The position numbers and the translations under genes are program-made. From an uncultured Candidatus Saccharibacteria bacterium (GTDB lineage: Bacteria > Patescibacteriota > Saccharimonadia > Saccharimonadales > JAGQNJ01): a stretch of DNA of 64,000 nt. Where the stretch lies: NCBI GenBank assembly GCA_964491925.1, contig CAZBGZ010000001.1, positions 64,701 through 128,700 of the forward strand, in the 5' to 3' direction. The stretch's first letter is position 1; every line of letters begins with the position of its first letter. The notes beneath the pieces are model-generated. The model was not told where the DNA came from. It was given only the letters and a program-made list of their open reading frames with translations, and did not search any database. This document shows positions 1-9,288 of this stretch, piece by piece.

Positions 1-148
1 TCTCAAAATTGGATTCAAATTTCCCGGATTCAATATTTCTGCTAACACCGATGACTTTTGCGCCACTTTCAGCTATTTTTTTTGCAACCTCCAACCCAAT
101 ACCTTCACTTGCCCCAGTAACTAAAACTACTTTGTCTTTAACAATCAT
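1..148 (-). CDS. short-chain dehydrogenase/reductase, N-terminal part (gene runs off the window start)
   Basis: Reverse translation from the ATG at 148-146 gives MIVKDKVVLVTGASEGIGLEVAKKIAESGAKVIGVSRN..., with the TGxxxGIG Rossmann/SDR motif. Absent from the ORF track because it is truncated below 60 aa. Confidence 0.6.
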   Translation of the reverse strand, partial: MIVKDKVVLVTGASEGIGLEVAKKIAESGAKVIGVSRNIESGKFESNFE

Positions 149-730
149 TCATTTATTCCCCTTCAGTGCTAGTTTAATTCTTGCTTCTGTGGATAGGTCT
201 TTGTCAATGTTTTGTAGGGCTAGCTGGGCATCTATTTCTTGGTAGCCTAGCGCTACTAGCGCTTGCACGGCTTCATCACTTTGGTTTACGCTACCACGGT
301 TTATGATGTCGTCCGCTCCACTGCCCACCATAATACCGACTTTATCCCGAAGCTCTACCACTATTTGTTCAGCAGCCCGCTTACCTACGCCTTTGGCGGT
401 CTGAAGTGTTTTGACTTCGCCAGATGCAATCGCCGATCGAACGTAATCACCAGATCCTATGTCTAAAACAGCCAGTGCAACTTTTGGGCCAACATTCTTA
501 ACGCCAAGTAGTTGCTCAAAAAGTTGTTTAGTCTCAATTCTGCTAAATCCAAAAAGGTCGTGTGATGCTTCTCGGATATGCTCGTAGACATATAGTTTTG
601 TTTTTTCGCCCTGAGATAATTTTGCGTAATCATCAGCCGTAACTAGCAGTCCGTATCCAACCCCGTTCACGTCAACTACGATAGAATCAAAAAATTTTTC
701 CGACACAGTTCCCTCTAAAGTCGCAATCAT
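149..730 (-). CDS. ruvA: Holliday junction DNA helicase subunit RuvA
   Basis: MIATLEGTVSEK... N-terminus, HhH region (GVGKRAAEQIV) and a typical length of about 193 aa. Start trimmed to the ATG at 730, which forms an ATGA overlap with the upstream stop. Confidence 0.85.
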   Translation of the reverse strand: MIATLEGTVSEKFFDSIVVDVNGVGYGLLVTADDYAKLSQGEKTKLYVYEHIREASHDLFGFSRIETKQLFEQLLGVKNVGPKVALAVLDIGSGDYVRSAIASGEVKTLQTAKGVGKRAAEQIVVELRDKVGIMVGSGADDIINRGSVNQSDEAVQALVALGYQEIDAQLALQNIDKDLSTEARIKLALKGNK

Positions 731-1131
731 AATTGTAGTGCCTCGATTTTCTGGGCTAGGTCTTTGTTGCTTTCCCAAACTATTGATTGATTGCCTATTG
801 ATGGGGCATAAGTCTTTGCATCTTCATGCACGGCAACAATAATGTGCTTTTTTTTAGCATATGCATAACCAATCTCCATCAACAAACCTTCGCTTTTATC
901 ATCGGATGCAATTACCACAAATACACCCTCGCTGTTATCGATTTTTCCAAATGCGATGTCCATAATCTCTTTTGCTCCGAATTTTGACTTTTGGTATTCT
1001 TTTTCATCAAATAAATTACAGAATCCATCTATTCCAACTTTTTTTAGAGAGCCCACAACCGTCGACATTCTCTCATGCAAAACATCCGGGTCCTCACCCG
1101 TAAATCTATATGCAACAAAATACTTTCTCAT
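727..1131 (-). CDS. nucleoside 2-deoxyribosyltransferase-like superfamily protein
   Basis: 134 aa with a small Rossmann-like pattern (VFVVIASDDKSEGLLMEIGYAYAKKKHIIV) reminiscent of the NDT/YtoQ-type fold. Motif-level call only. Confidence 0.4.
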   Translation of the reverse strand: MRKYFVAYRFTGEDPDVLHERMSTVVGSLKKVGIDGFCNLFDEKEYQKSKFGAKEIMDIAFGKIDNSEGVFVVIASDDKSEGLLMEIGYAYAKKKHIIVAVHEDAKTYAPSIGNQSIVWESNKDLAQKIEALQL

Positions 1132-1140
1132 ATACGTCTA

Positions 1141-1611
1141 TTATTGCATATTCATGCTGCAACAGATAGCTGCCGCTAGGGCATCTGCTGCATCATCGGG
1201 TTTTGGTATAGCTTTTAGTTTCAGGATTGTTCGTACCATTTCCTGGATCTGGGCTTTTTCGGCTTTGCCGTAGCCCGTCAGTGCTTGTTTTATTTGTTGT
1301 GGTGTATATTCGTGTAACTCCATTTTGTGTTGTTTGCCAATCAATAGAACAACCCCCCTTGCCTGCGAAACAGACATAGCTGTTGTAACATTTTGTGCAA
1401 AAAATAATTTTTCTACAGACATAACCGTTGGTTTACAATCTTTGATAATTTCACTAAGCTCAACGAAGATTGTCTCCAGACGATCCGAATCTGCCTGATG
1501 TACAGGTGTCTTAATCACCCCAGCGTCGACTAATGTCATAGAATTTTTTTCTACGTCAATAACCCCAAATCCTAAAATTCCTGTGCCTGGATCAATCCCA
1601 ATTATTCTCAT
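1141..1611 (-). CDS. ruvC: crossover junction endodeoxyribonuclease RuvC
   Basis: MRIIGIDPGTGILGFGVID N-terminus with the catalytic Asp, length 156 aa, adjacent to ruvA. Confidence 0.9.
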   Translation of the reverse strand: MRIIGIDPGTGILGFGVIDVEKNSMTLVDAGVIKTPVHQADSDRLETIFVELSEIIKDCKPTVMSVEKLFFAQNVTTAMSVSQARGVVLLIGKQHKMELHEYTPQQIKQALTGYGKAEKAQIQEMVRTILKLKAIPKPDDAADALAAAICCSMNMQ

Positions 1612-1626
1612 AATATGATTATACAG

Positions 1627-3381
1627 TTACATCTTTATTTTAAGTTTTGTAAGATGCTTGCGAATATCCTGCCTATACTCAAAGATACCGTAGCCAAGGG
1701 CTAATATTCCTACTACCCCAATCACAGGGTAACTAACGGGCTTAGATGCAACAGAAGCTACATCAGTAAGCGGATTATTGGCTAGCGCTGCTAAAACTTT
1801 TCGGCAGCGATTAGTTTCTTTATTGCGCTCGTACCCTTCTTTACAAGGGTTTGAGGCATTAGTAGAAGCAATTTTCCGACATCTGTTGGTGTCTAGATTA
1901 CGATATTGTCCGGCTTTGCACGCGACTAGAGTCGTCCCCGAACTACCGACTTTTCTACATCGGTTTGTTGCGGCATTCCGATATTGACCAGGTGCGCAAA
2001 CAGTCAGTAGCGTCGATGATGAGTCTATCTTACGGCAACGATTTGTCAATGCATTCCTATACTGACCAGCCTTGCACGGCATAAGACTAGTGGCCACTTC
2101 TATATTCCTACATCTATTTGTTTCTGGGTTGCGGTACTTCCCTGCTGGGCATGGCGTTAGTACATCATCATCTGCGCCTTTTCCGCTGGAGTCGGTTGGA
2201 GAAAAAACACTGGACATATTTTCTGCGTTGGGTGTTGGTTGGTTGGTCACTTGCCAGTTCGAGCCAATCAAAGCCCATGTTTCGTCTTCACCCACATCTT
2301 CATAGACTGGGCTTTCGCCCACAATTTCGCCGTTAGGTGCTAGGATTCGTGCTTTGCTAGTTGTATTGCCAAGGATTAAGCCCGTGTCGACAGAATAAAA
2401 GCTTTTGTATTCGTGTGCGCCCAGAGTAATTTCCGGCAACGTGTAGTGATACTGATTGTCGCCACCTGTTTGAATAACGTAATTTTTGAGATTTACTTGA
2501 TCATTATTTGGATTATAAAGTTCCACGAATTCATCTTCGTTATCTGTTTTTGGACTAGCAGGATTGGGTAAAAGTTCACTAATATAAACATTTGCGTAAG
2601 TTATCGCGGGCTCTGGGCTAGGATCGGGTATTGGCGTTGGGTCTGGGTCTGGTGCAGGGTCTGGTTCCGGGCCTGGATCAGGAATAGGCAGAGCCACACA
2701 GTCCCCTGCCTCATTTTTTACTAAGCCTTGAGGAATAGCACTTTGTGATCCATCTATATTCGGGCATTCATCTGGCGGAATTGGTAGTGGTACTGGACCG
2801 AGTCCACCACCCCGAGGCGAGACAATTGTTGATACTAGAAAATCCTGGGCATTATTGTCAGTATCTATCAAAGCATTTTGATCATTTTTGCGATTGAGGG
2901 AGCTACCTCCAACGGGGGCTGAAGTTGCCGTTGTTTCTGGCTGTGAGGCCGTGCCCCATCCAAGCTTGTCTATCACGGTTGCACTAGAGTCAAGTAACTT
3001 CAGGTGGCCGCCAGTACTAGCCAACCCGCTTGTATATTCGAACGCAAAGTCAGGCACCACCCCATTTGGAACGGGGTATGTTGGTGACACTAATAAAATA
3101 TAGCTGTTTGGTTTTATTACACCCGTAAAATTCGCTACATCTTTTGGTGAACTGTCGGTGCTGGTGCTATAAACAATTTTCCAGCCTGTTATGTTCACTT
3201 CTAGCGCAGAATTGTTATAAATCTCTATAAATTCTTGGGCTGCTGTTCCTGCTCCGAGACCCCCAGTTTGTAGTTCACTAAAAACAACGTTACTGCTCTG
3301 CGCATTGACTGTGGGCAAACTAGGCCATAATGAACAAAACAGTAAAAACGAGGCCAGGACTATTTTTAGTTTTTGTAACAT
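1627..3381 (-). CDS. secreted/anchored surface protein with two lamin-tail domains, a Pro-rich linker, Cys-repeat region and C-terminal TM
   Basis: Signal peptide, then two LTD-like segments (FSELQTGG...EFIEIYN and ISELLPNPAS...EFVELYNPN). A PxPDP linker follows, then five C-x2-G-x-Y-R-N-x2-T-N-R-C-R-K/N repeats and a terminal hydrophobic helix. Confidence 0.7.
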   Translation of the reverse strand: MLQKLKIVLASFLLFCSLWPSLPTVNAQSSNVVFSELQTGGLGAGTAAQEFIEIYNNSALEVNITGWKIVYSTSTDSSPKDVANFTGVIKPNSYILLVSPTYPVPNGVVPDFAFEYTSGLASTGGHLKLLDSSATVIDKLGWGTASQPETTATSAPVGGSSLNRKNDQNALIDTDNNAQDFLVSTIVSPRGGGLGPVPLPIPPDECPNIDGSQSAIPQGLVKNEAGDCVALPIPDPGPEPDPAPDPDPTPIPDPSPEPAITYANVYISELLPNPASPKTDNEDEFVELYNPNNDQVNLKNYVIQTGGDNQYHYTLPEITLGAHEYKSFYSVDTGLILGNTTSKARILAPNGEIVGESPVYEDVGEDETWALIGSNWQVTNQPTPNAENMSSVFSPTDSSGKGADDDVLTPCPAGKYRNPETNRCRNIEVATSLMPCKAGQYRNALTNRCRKIDSSSTLLTVCAPGQYRNAATNRCRKVGSSGTTLVACKAGQYRNLDTNRCRKIASTNASNPCKEGYERNKETNRCRKVLAALANNPLTDVASVASKPVSYPVIGVVGILALGYGIFEYRQDIRKHLTKLKIKM

Positions 3382-3462
3382 GTTTTTTGATTTTTATTCT
3401 TATGCTAATCAGCATTGTGGCCCTGGGCCTGGTCAATGTCAATAAAAATGCAAACAAAAATA

Positions 3463-4176
3463 CTAAGCTATGTCAAAATTTGTATGGGTGTTTGTTATAT
3501 CGTCCAAGCCCTCTAGGGCTTCCATTAAACGCATAACCTTACCTTGGGTCACTTCATCATTTATTTGTACCGTGTTATTTGGCACGAACGTCAGTTCGGC
3601 CTCGACCACCTCTATATCAGCATTCTGCAAATTGTCACGTACTTTTGCTAGTTCTTTTGGGTCGGTATAAACAATTGTCTCGCCCTCTTCTTCGATTGCG
3701 TCTTCAGCGCCAGCGTCCAGAACCTGTAGCAGCAGATCTTCACCGGCGCCTTTTATTCTAATTACTCCTTTGCGATCAAATTGAAAAGCCACAGCTCCTT
3801 TTTCAGCGATATTACCGCCGTGCTTGGAAAATGCTAGCCGTACCTCTGGATAAGTGCGATTAACATTATCAGTTGCACATTCAACCAATATTGCAACGCC
3901 CCCGGGACCATAACCCTCATACATAACTTCTTGTATCTGCTCCCCTCCTAGCTTGCCGCTGCCTCTATCTATCGAGCGTTGGATATTAGCATTTGGCATG
4001 TTGGCGGCTTTTGCTCTATCAATAGCTAGCCTTAGCGAAAAGTTCATTTCTGGGTCTGCACCGCCCCTTGCAGCAATAGCTATCATGTTACCGAGTTTAG
4101 TAAACACGGCCCCACGTGCTGCATCCTTTGCGCCTTTCTGTCTTTTGATTGTTGACCATTTACTATGCCCAGACAT
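3463..4176 (-). CDS. yebC: YebC/PmpR family DNA-binding transcriptional regulator
   Basis: MSGHSKWSTIKRQKGAKDAARG hallmark N-terminus. Start trimmed to the ATG at 4176. Confidence 0.9.
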   Translation of the reverse strand: MSGHSKWSTIKRQKGAKDAARGAVFTKLGNMIAIAARGGADPEMNFSLRLAIDRAKAANMPNANIQRSIDRGSGKLGGEQIQEVMYEGYGPGGVAILVECATDNVNRTYPEVRLAFSKHGGNIAEKGAVAFQFDRKGVIRIKGAGEDLLLQVLDAGAEDAIEEEGETIVYTDPKELAKVRDNLQNADIEVVEAELTFVPNNTVQINDEVTQGKVMRLMEALEGLDDITNTHTNFDIA

Positions 4177-4184
4177 TGAAAAAA

Positions 4185-5681
4185 TCACTCCTCTATATCT
4201 GTTATTATACCAGATTTTTTTGCTGTATTCGCATACATAACTAAAGCAAATACAATTATAGCCACGTAACCTACTATCATTTGATATACGTTTATTTTAA
4301 CTAAAATGTTGGCATAAGGGATCCGCGACAACAGGCTAGCAATAGATAACATATAGTCTAGGATAATTTGTGCAGGCAAAGCAAAAATTTTGGCAAAACT
4401 TAGCTGCATCATTCCGCTAATACCAGCTATTAGGCTGAAAAACATTCCCAGTGGAACGAAAGGGACCACCAGAACATTCGCTAATACACTGATGACTGAT
4501 AGCCGGCCAAACACAAACAAAATTATCGGTATTGTACACAGTTGGGCTGATATTGTTTCTATCAGAACTAATGGGACTACTTTTCCCCTAGATTTTTTAG
4601 TTAGTAGTCGTTTTTGTAGTAATGGTGCTATTATCAATATCCCGAAGAATGCCGTAAACGAAAGATACCAGCCTATATTAGACCAAAGATATAGTGGGTT
4701 TATGCCAGCGGTCAATGTAGCAACAAATGCTAGCAGGAGTATCGGGCGAAATTTTCTGCCAAAAAACCAAGCAATTAGACTCAGGCTACTGACTACCGCT
4801 GCACGAACAATCGATGGGCTGTAGCCAGTGAAAAGCAAAAATACACAAATGAGTAGCAAGGAAAAAACTAGTATTTGATAACGCGATCCCTTTCTAAAAA
4901 TTCGTCTCAGTGCATCTATTATTATTGTTAGGTTATAGCCTGAAACCGCAACTATATGAATTAGCCCGACTGCTATGAGAGTCTCTTCTAATTTTGGGTC
5001 TAGGGTTGTGCGCTGTCCTATCAATAGCCCCATTCCGAATGATGCCAGCGGTTCTGGCAAAACATTCTGCATGCCTGCAGCAAAATTTCGTCGAGTTATA
5101 TCGATAGGCGATTTTGAGCTACTAACCAATTTTAGTTTGGCAAAACTTATACCCGCCACTTGCCCACCACGTTTTTTGTATATTTTTCCGGTTACCAAAA
5201 CTTGGTCACCACGATAAACAATAGGCAAGCCCAGCCCTTTAATGCTCATTTCGCCTATCAGCTGCTCGGGAAACGGCTCTTGTAAATTTATTTTCCCTAC
5301 TGCAAAATCTAGCTGTCCATGATCAGCATATACAGCATCGTTCAACGCCATAGCTTTGATCGTAACTGTTTGCCCGACTATATCATTGTAGACTTCTAAT
5401 CTACGCATGGTTTGGCTACCACGCCACCAGCCAAGACTGAACATAGTGAAAGATAACAGAATTAACAACACAAACTTGTTGAACCTACTCAATCCATACC
5501 CGACCAATGCATTCATTGCCAAAAACCAAACCCAGCTACCATTAATAATCGGGGCAATTCTTGCGAACCCAAGTCCGAACAAAAAAATCAATAAAATAAT
5601 TGTAAAGAATGTGGTGGTTTTTATTGAAATTCTTTGTTTCATTTGCGTGCAACGCTTTTTATACAACATAACATAGGTCAT
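4185..5681 (-). CDS. comEC: ComEC/Rec2 family competence membrane protein
   Basis: Polytopic membrane protein with the ComEC core motif GLIHIVAVSGYNLTII. The start codon is uncertain (alternative ATG at 5642). Confidence 0.75.
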   Translation of the reverse strand: MTYVMLYKKRCTQMKQRISIKTTTFFTIILLIFLFGLGFARIAPIINGSWVWFLAMNALVGYGLSRFNKFVLLILLSFTMFSLGWWRGSQTMRRLEVYNDIVGQTVTIKAMALNDAVYADHGQLDFAVGKINLQEPFPEQLIGEMSIKGLGLPIVYRGDQVLVTGKIYKKRGGQVAGISFAKLKLVSSSKSPIDITRRNFAAGMQNVLPEPLASFGMGLLIGQRTTLDPKLEETLIAVGLIHIVAVSGYNLTIIIDALRRIFRKGSRYQILVFSLLLICVFLLFTGYSPSIVRAAVVSSLSLIAWFFGRKFRPILLLAFVATLTAGINPLYLWSNIGWYLSFTAFFGILIIAPLLQKRLLTKKSRGKVVPLVLIETISAQLCTIPIILFVFGRLSVISVLANVLVVPFVPLGMFFSLIAGISGMMQLSFAKIFALPAQIILDYMLSIASLLSRIPYANILVKINVYQMIVGYVAIIVFALVMYANTAKKSGIITDIEE

Positions 5682-5876
5682 TGACTTTTTGTCCGAAAAC
5701 AGAGATAATTCACTCTGTTTTACGCCCGTTTAGCTATAAGTTAATCTCGGGCCAGTGGCTCAGATGCATAGGTGAATCTCTGATTTACCGTCATAATCAA
5801 TAAGCACCTTCGTGCTCTAGCCATAAAACAATAAGCACTTTCACAAATAATTTCGTTCATAGAGCAATAAAAATAC

Positions 5877-5953
5877 GGGCCAGTAGCTCAGCTGGTTAGA
5901 GCACGGGCCTTTTAAGCCCGGTGTCGAGGGTTCGAGTCCCTCCTGGCCCTCCA
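5877..5953 (+). tRNA. tRNA-Lys (anticodon UUU), CCA encoded
   Basis: Cloverleaf read by eye: acceptor GGGCCAG/CTGGCCC, D arm GCTC..GAGC, anticodon loop CTTTTAA, T arm GAGGG-TTCGAGT-CCCTC, terminal CCA. Confidence 0.9.
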
Positions 5954-5961
5954 AATTAATG

Positions 5962-5984
5962 ACCCATCCTGGTGATGGGTTTTT
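5962..5984 (+). terminator. intrinsic terminator after tRNA-Lys
   Basis: ACCCATC-ctggt-GATGGGT stem-loop followed by a T run. Confidence 0.7.
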
Positions 5985-6041
5985 AATTTTGGCGTCCGGA
6001 TAGATGCGGTTCATCGACTTGTATTTTCTGCAAGAAAATAC

Positions 6042-6172
6042 GGTAGTCGAGGGTTCGGTCGACAAGCTCGCTCACAGAAGCTTGCTTCGAGAACGAGCGC
6101 GGTCGTGCTTTGCCCCTCCTGGCCCTCCAATACGCTTATGTTAAAACAGAGGTAATTTTGCCTCTGTTTTTT
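6042..6172 (+). repeat. degenerate copy of the tRNA-Lys 3' third, interrupted in the T-loop by a ~55 nt structured insert, plus a 43 nt flank repeat
   Basis: GTCGAGGGTTCG (6046-6057) and CCCCTCCTGGCCCTCCA (6113-6129) match tRNA positions 5925-5953. The flank TACGCTTATGTTAAAACAGAGG...CCTCTGTTTT recurs at 7270-7309. Confidence 0.8.
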
Positions 6173-6187
6173 GATACACTAATATCG

Positions 6188-7018
6188 ATGAAAAAACTTA
6201 AAGTATTGAGCATTAGCATACTCATAACTGGCCTCGTTGCTGTTATTGGGTTATTCACTTGGTTTTCATTGAGCTTTTCCGCATGCTTTGGAAAAAATTG
6301 TACAGGTACGAGCCTAGACACACTGCTTCCATACGTGATTTTGCTAATGTCGCTGATTATTGCTCCACAAGCAGGCTACATCTACTACAAATCAAGAACT
6401 GGTCGTCGTCCACAATCATTAAAATGGAACATCATAATTACAGTAAGTATACTTGTGTTTCTGCTTACTGGTGCTCTTTTTGCAGCACCACTACAATCTA
6501 GGATTCGAATTAACAATAGGGCAAGCGAACTAGAAAAGGTTAGCTTTGGTGTCTATGTAAGCCCCCTAGCTAAGAGTAACAATTATAGGTATTTAACCGA
6601 AGAAGAACATACATACCCGCATTACATTTCAATATATACGCCAGTTGAAGGCGAAATAGAAATTTCGGGCGGAGAATTTACTCTTGATTTGAGAAGCGTA
6701 ATAGGCGATCCTCCGTGCAATCTGCGAGAAGCTTCAAGTTATTTAACGGCAGGCTCAAAGAAGCGTACTGGACTTTATAGAAAAGAAGAAAAAGCTGTTA
6801 AATGTCTGAGGGTCAATGATTTTCTTATACTAACTGCTACCAGTCCGTACGACTCTAGAATTTACTACACAAGTCATGAGGTAAATGGGACAATCTTAAT
6901 TTTTAGATCCACAGCTATCTCCAACGACACCGTATTTGCAGATGCTGTAGATCGCTATGTGAATACATTAGAGCTTTTACCTAACAAAGGAATTATCAGA
7001 CAAGACCTAGGTCGATAA
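6188..7018 (+). CDS. hypothetical membrane-anchored protein (cargo between tRNA-Lys 3'-end repeats)
   Basis: ORF trimmed to MKKLKVLSISILITGL. It has three or more N-terminal TM helices, a soluble C-terminal domain and no recognised motif. Confidence 0.55.
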   Translation: MKKLKVLSISILITGLVAVIGLFTWFSLSFSACFGKNCTGTSLDTLLPYVILLMSLIIAPQAGYIYYKSRTGRRPQSLKWNIIITVSILVFLLTGALFAAPLQSRIRINNRASELEKVSFGVYVSPLAKSNNYRYLTEEEHTYPHYISIYTPVEGEIEISGGEFTLDLRSVIGDPPCNLREASSYLTAGSKKRTGLYRKEEKAVKCLRVNDFLILTATSPYDSRIYYTSHEVNGTILIFRSTAISNDTVFADAVDRYVNTLELLPNKGIIRQDLGR

Positions 7019-7050
7019 GTTATCGAGTTTAGTTGCTACAAAAAGCACTA

Positions 7051-7309
7051 TGGCCCTCCAACTAAATAATCCACCGCATTGGTGGGTTTTTTAGTTGGTG
7101 AGGTTTAGTGGGCTCGAAGCCTCGACACCTGTCGAGGGTGAAAACAGCCTGTGGCTTTTTGCAAGGAAACTTACTCCTCAAAACTTGTTTTGATGGATGT
7201 AATTTCGGGCCTGCGGAACGTAGGCAAGTCCCTCCTTTAGCCTGAGTCAGTCGAAGGCCTGGCCCTCCATTACGCTTATGTCTAAAACGGAGTCAAAAAC
7301 CTCTGTTTA
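7051..7309 (+). repeat. second set of tRNA-Lys 3'-end remnants (3' end plus terminator copy; split T-arm/acceptor copy; flank repeat)
   Basis: TGGCCCTCCA plus a CCACC-gcatt-GGTGG-T-run hairpin at 7051-7092. GTCGAGGGT at 7131, GTCCCTCCT at 7228, CCTGGCCCTCCA at 7258-7269, then TTACGCTTATGTCTAAAACGGAG...CCTCTGTTT. Confidence 0.8.
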
Positions 7310-7363
7310 CCGTTACAGCTAGCTTGTGAAGAGTAAAGGAGCGGATTAGTTTTAAATTTTGCT

Positions 7364-7849
7364 TCATTTTCTTCCTTTTTTACCGCTACGTTCCCCACGA
7401 TTCAGTAACCACAGGGCAACCAGCTGTACCAACACCACACCGCCAATAATTGCGTTACTCGTATCCAATAGGTCCTTACCGAAGGGGACAGTCACTGCCA
7501 AGGCCTGTACATCAGGCGGCAAGACTGGCAATATAAATGCCGCGTAAACCACGCTAGTTATTACCAGAGGAAATAGATTTAGTATGCTTTTGCTTTTCGA
7601 GACACTGCCTTTCAAAAATAATGCGGTCAAAATAACCGGCAAGGTTATAACAATTGCATGAGCATACTGCGTAAGGTTAGAATTTGTGAAAGTCTGGCTG
7701 ATAAAATGCTCAACATCATCTCCAAAATATCTACCCAACAGTTCGCCTGTCATGACGCTAAAAAATAAATGTGACGCACTAACCCTAAAGAATATGCCAA
7801 AAAAAACTGGCAACCCCAGAATAATTCCTACAATAATATAAGGCAGCAT
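7364..7849 (-). CDS. hypothetical integral membrane protein
   Basis: 161 aa with 4-5 predicted TM helices and a basic C-terminal tail. Confidence 0.5.
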   Translation of the reverse strand: MLPYIIVGIILGLPVFFGIFFRVSASHLFFSVMTGELLGRYFGDDVEHFISQTFTNSNLTQYAHAIVITLPVILTALFLKGSVSKSKSILNLFPLVITSVVYAAFILPVLPPDVQALAVTVPFGKDLLDTSNAIIGGVVLVQLVALWLLNRGERSGKKGRK

Positions 7850-7874
7850 AAGCTTAATAATACCAGAGGTCGGT

Positions 7875-8435
7875 CTAAAATTGTAACTGTTTGCCTTCTT
7901 CTATTTTTGCTTTTCGCGCAACTCCAGAATTTACCTCAATTACATACTGTGCTGCCTGGCCGGGGCAGAAATTATTTGGGTATGTCTTAGGTTCTACATT
8001 TTCTTCCAAATGAAGCACTTTTTTGTCTGTCGATAGCCAAATAATATCTATTGGAAATCTCATATCTTTCATCCAGAAACAATATCTACTCGATCGATCA
8101 AAAACAAATAACATACCTTGGTCTACGGGCATAGATATACGTCCTGACAACCCTTGTCTTAGCGCTCTTGGACTACTGACCTGTTCTAGTTTCAAGCATT
8201 TATGGTCAGCTAGCTTACTGCTAAAAATATTTTTTGGTGAGTTCTCCGGCGAACTAATATCAAAAATCCTGATTTTGCAATTATCATTTCTGTGCACGAT
8301 TAACTTTGTCGATATAGCAATCGGAACAAATAGAATAATGATAGCTACCACATAAATAAAACGCCTAGTCGATGATTTGGATTTATGCGCCGACGCGGTC
8401 TTTTCGGGTTGTTCGGTTTGCGTTTTGTTCGACAT
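7875..8435 (-). CDS. DUF192 domain protein with N-terminal membrane anchor
   Basis: GLSGR...MPVDQGMLFVF...CFWMKDMRFPIDIIWL matches the DUF192 (COG1430) signature as I recall it. Confidence 0.6.
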   Translation of the reverse strand: MSNKTQTEQPEKTASAHKSKSSTRRFIYVVAIIILFVPIAISTKLIVHRNDNCKIRIFDISSPENSPKNIFSSKLADHKCLKLEQVSSPRALRQGLSGRISMPVDQGMLFVFDRSSRYCFWMKDMRFPIDIIWLSTDKKVLHLEENVEPKTYPNNFCPGQAAQYVIEVNSGVARKAKIEEGKQLQF

Positions 8436-9285
8436 ACTCTATTATCTTACCCGCAACGTTATGTCCAGTCACTTTTTCTATGGTAAATCCAGGGCTAGCG
8501 TTCACTTCAAGAACTAAAGGCCCCCTATCAGAACGCATCATATCTACACCGCAGATAGGTAGACCCATAGCTTTGGCAGCTTTTTGTGCTGTCTTTCGTT
8601 CTTCGTCTGTTAGTTTTACAGAACTACCTTCACCGCCCTGGTGAATGTTTGAACGGAAATCATCATCTAGACTTTGGCGTTGCATACTAGCGACAACTTT
8701 GCCCCCTACCACAAACGCCCTAATATCAGTACCTGCCGATTCTTTTACAAATTCTTGAGCTAAAAAGTTCACACCTTCGACGTAAAAGGCTTGCATCACA
8801 GCCTCGGCAGCTTTTTTTGTTTCAGCCAATACTACGCCTTTGCCATGAGTACCACGAGCAACTTTGATAATTAATGGCGCACCGCCTGCTAGTTCTATTA
8901 AGTCTTCGACCTCGGTTGTTTCACGAGACACAACTGTTTTTGGGATGCCAACGCCAGATCTTGCCAAGATCTGCATGGATCGCAATTTATCGCGCGTTCT
9001 ATAAATAGCCAGAGAACCAGCAGTAGTAAATATTCCCTGCATTTCGAACTGGCGGACAATAGTGCCACCGTATTTAGTAAGATTTGTGGCGATCCTTGGG
9101 ATAATTGCATCGATATCTTTTAGCGGTTCTCCTTCGTAGCGAACTATTGGGTTGCTTTGCTCTAACGTCACATAGCATTTAGCATAGTTGATAATACGCA
9201 CATTGTGGCCGCGTAGCTCAGCTTCTTCCTTGAGACGCTTCGTAGAATAGTTACCCCGGCCTTTTGATAAAATTGCTATATTCAT
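8383..9285 (-). CDS. rimK: RimK family alpha-L-glutamate ligase (ATP-grasp)
   Basis: MNIAILS...YSTKRLKEEAELRGH N-terminus, ATP-grasp core (PLIIKVARGTHGKGVVL, GTDIRAFVVGG, ICGVDMM...GPLVLEVNASPG), 300 aa. Confidence 0.85.
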   Translation of the reverse strand: MNIAILSKGRGNYSTKRLKEEAELRGHNVRIINYAKCYVTLEQSNPIVRYEGEPLKDIDAIIPRIATNLTKYGGTIVRQFEMQGIFTTAGSLAIYRTRDKLRSMQILARSGVGIPKTVVSRETTEVEDLIELAGGAPLIIKVARGTHGKGVVLAETKKAAEAVMQAFYVEGVNFLAQEFVKESAGTDIRAFVVGGKVVASMQRQSLDDDFRSNIHQGGEGSSVKLTDEERKTAQKAAKAMGLPICGVDMMRSDRGPLVLEVNASPGFTIEKVTGHNVAGKIIEYVEQNANRTTRKDRVGA

Positions 9286-9288
9286 AAT

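Noticed and set aside
5696-5721. The AAAACAGAG...CTCTGTTTT hairpin and its relatives at 6143-6170 and 7282-7309, considered as terminal inverted repeats of a MITE that includes tRNA-Lys
   Set aside because: The similarity is short and is dominated by a generic terminator-like stem with A and T runs. No target-site duplication can be identified. It is therefore mentioned only as part of the tRNA-Lys finding.
5841-6065. 74-aa minus-strand ORF
   Set aside because: It lies antisense across the tRNA-Lys gene and its terminator, so it is an artefact.
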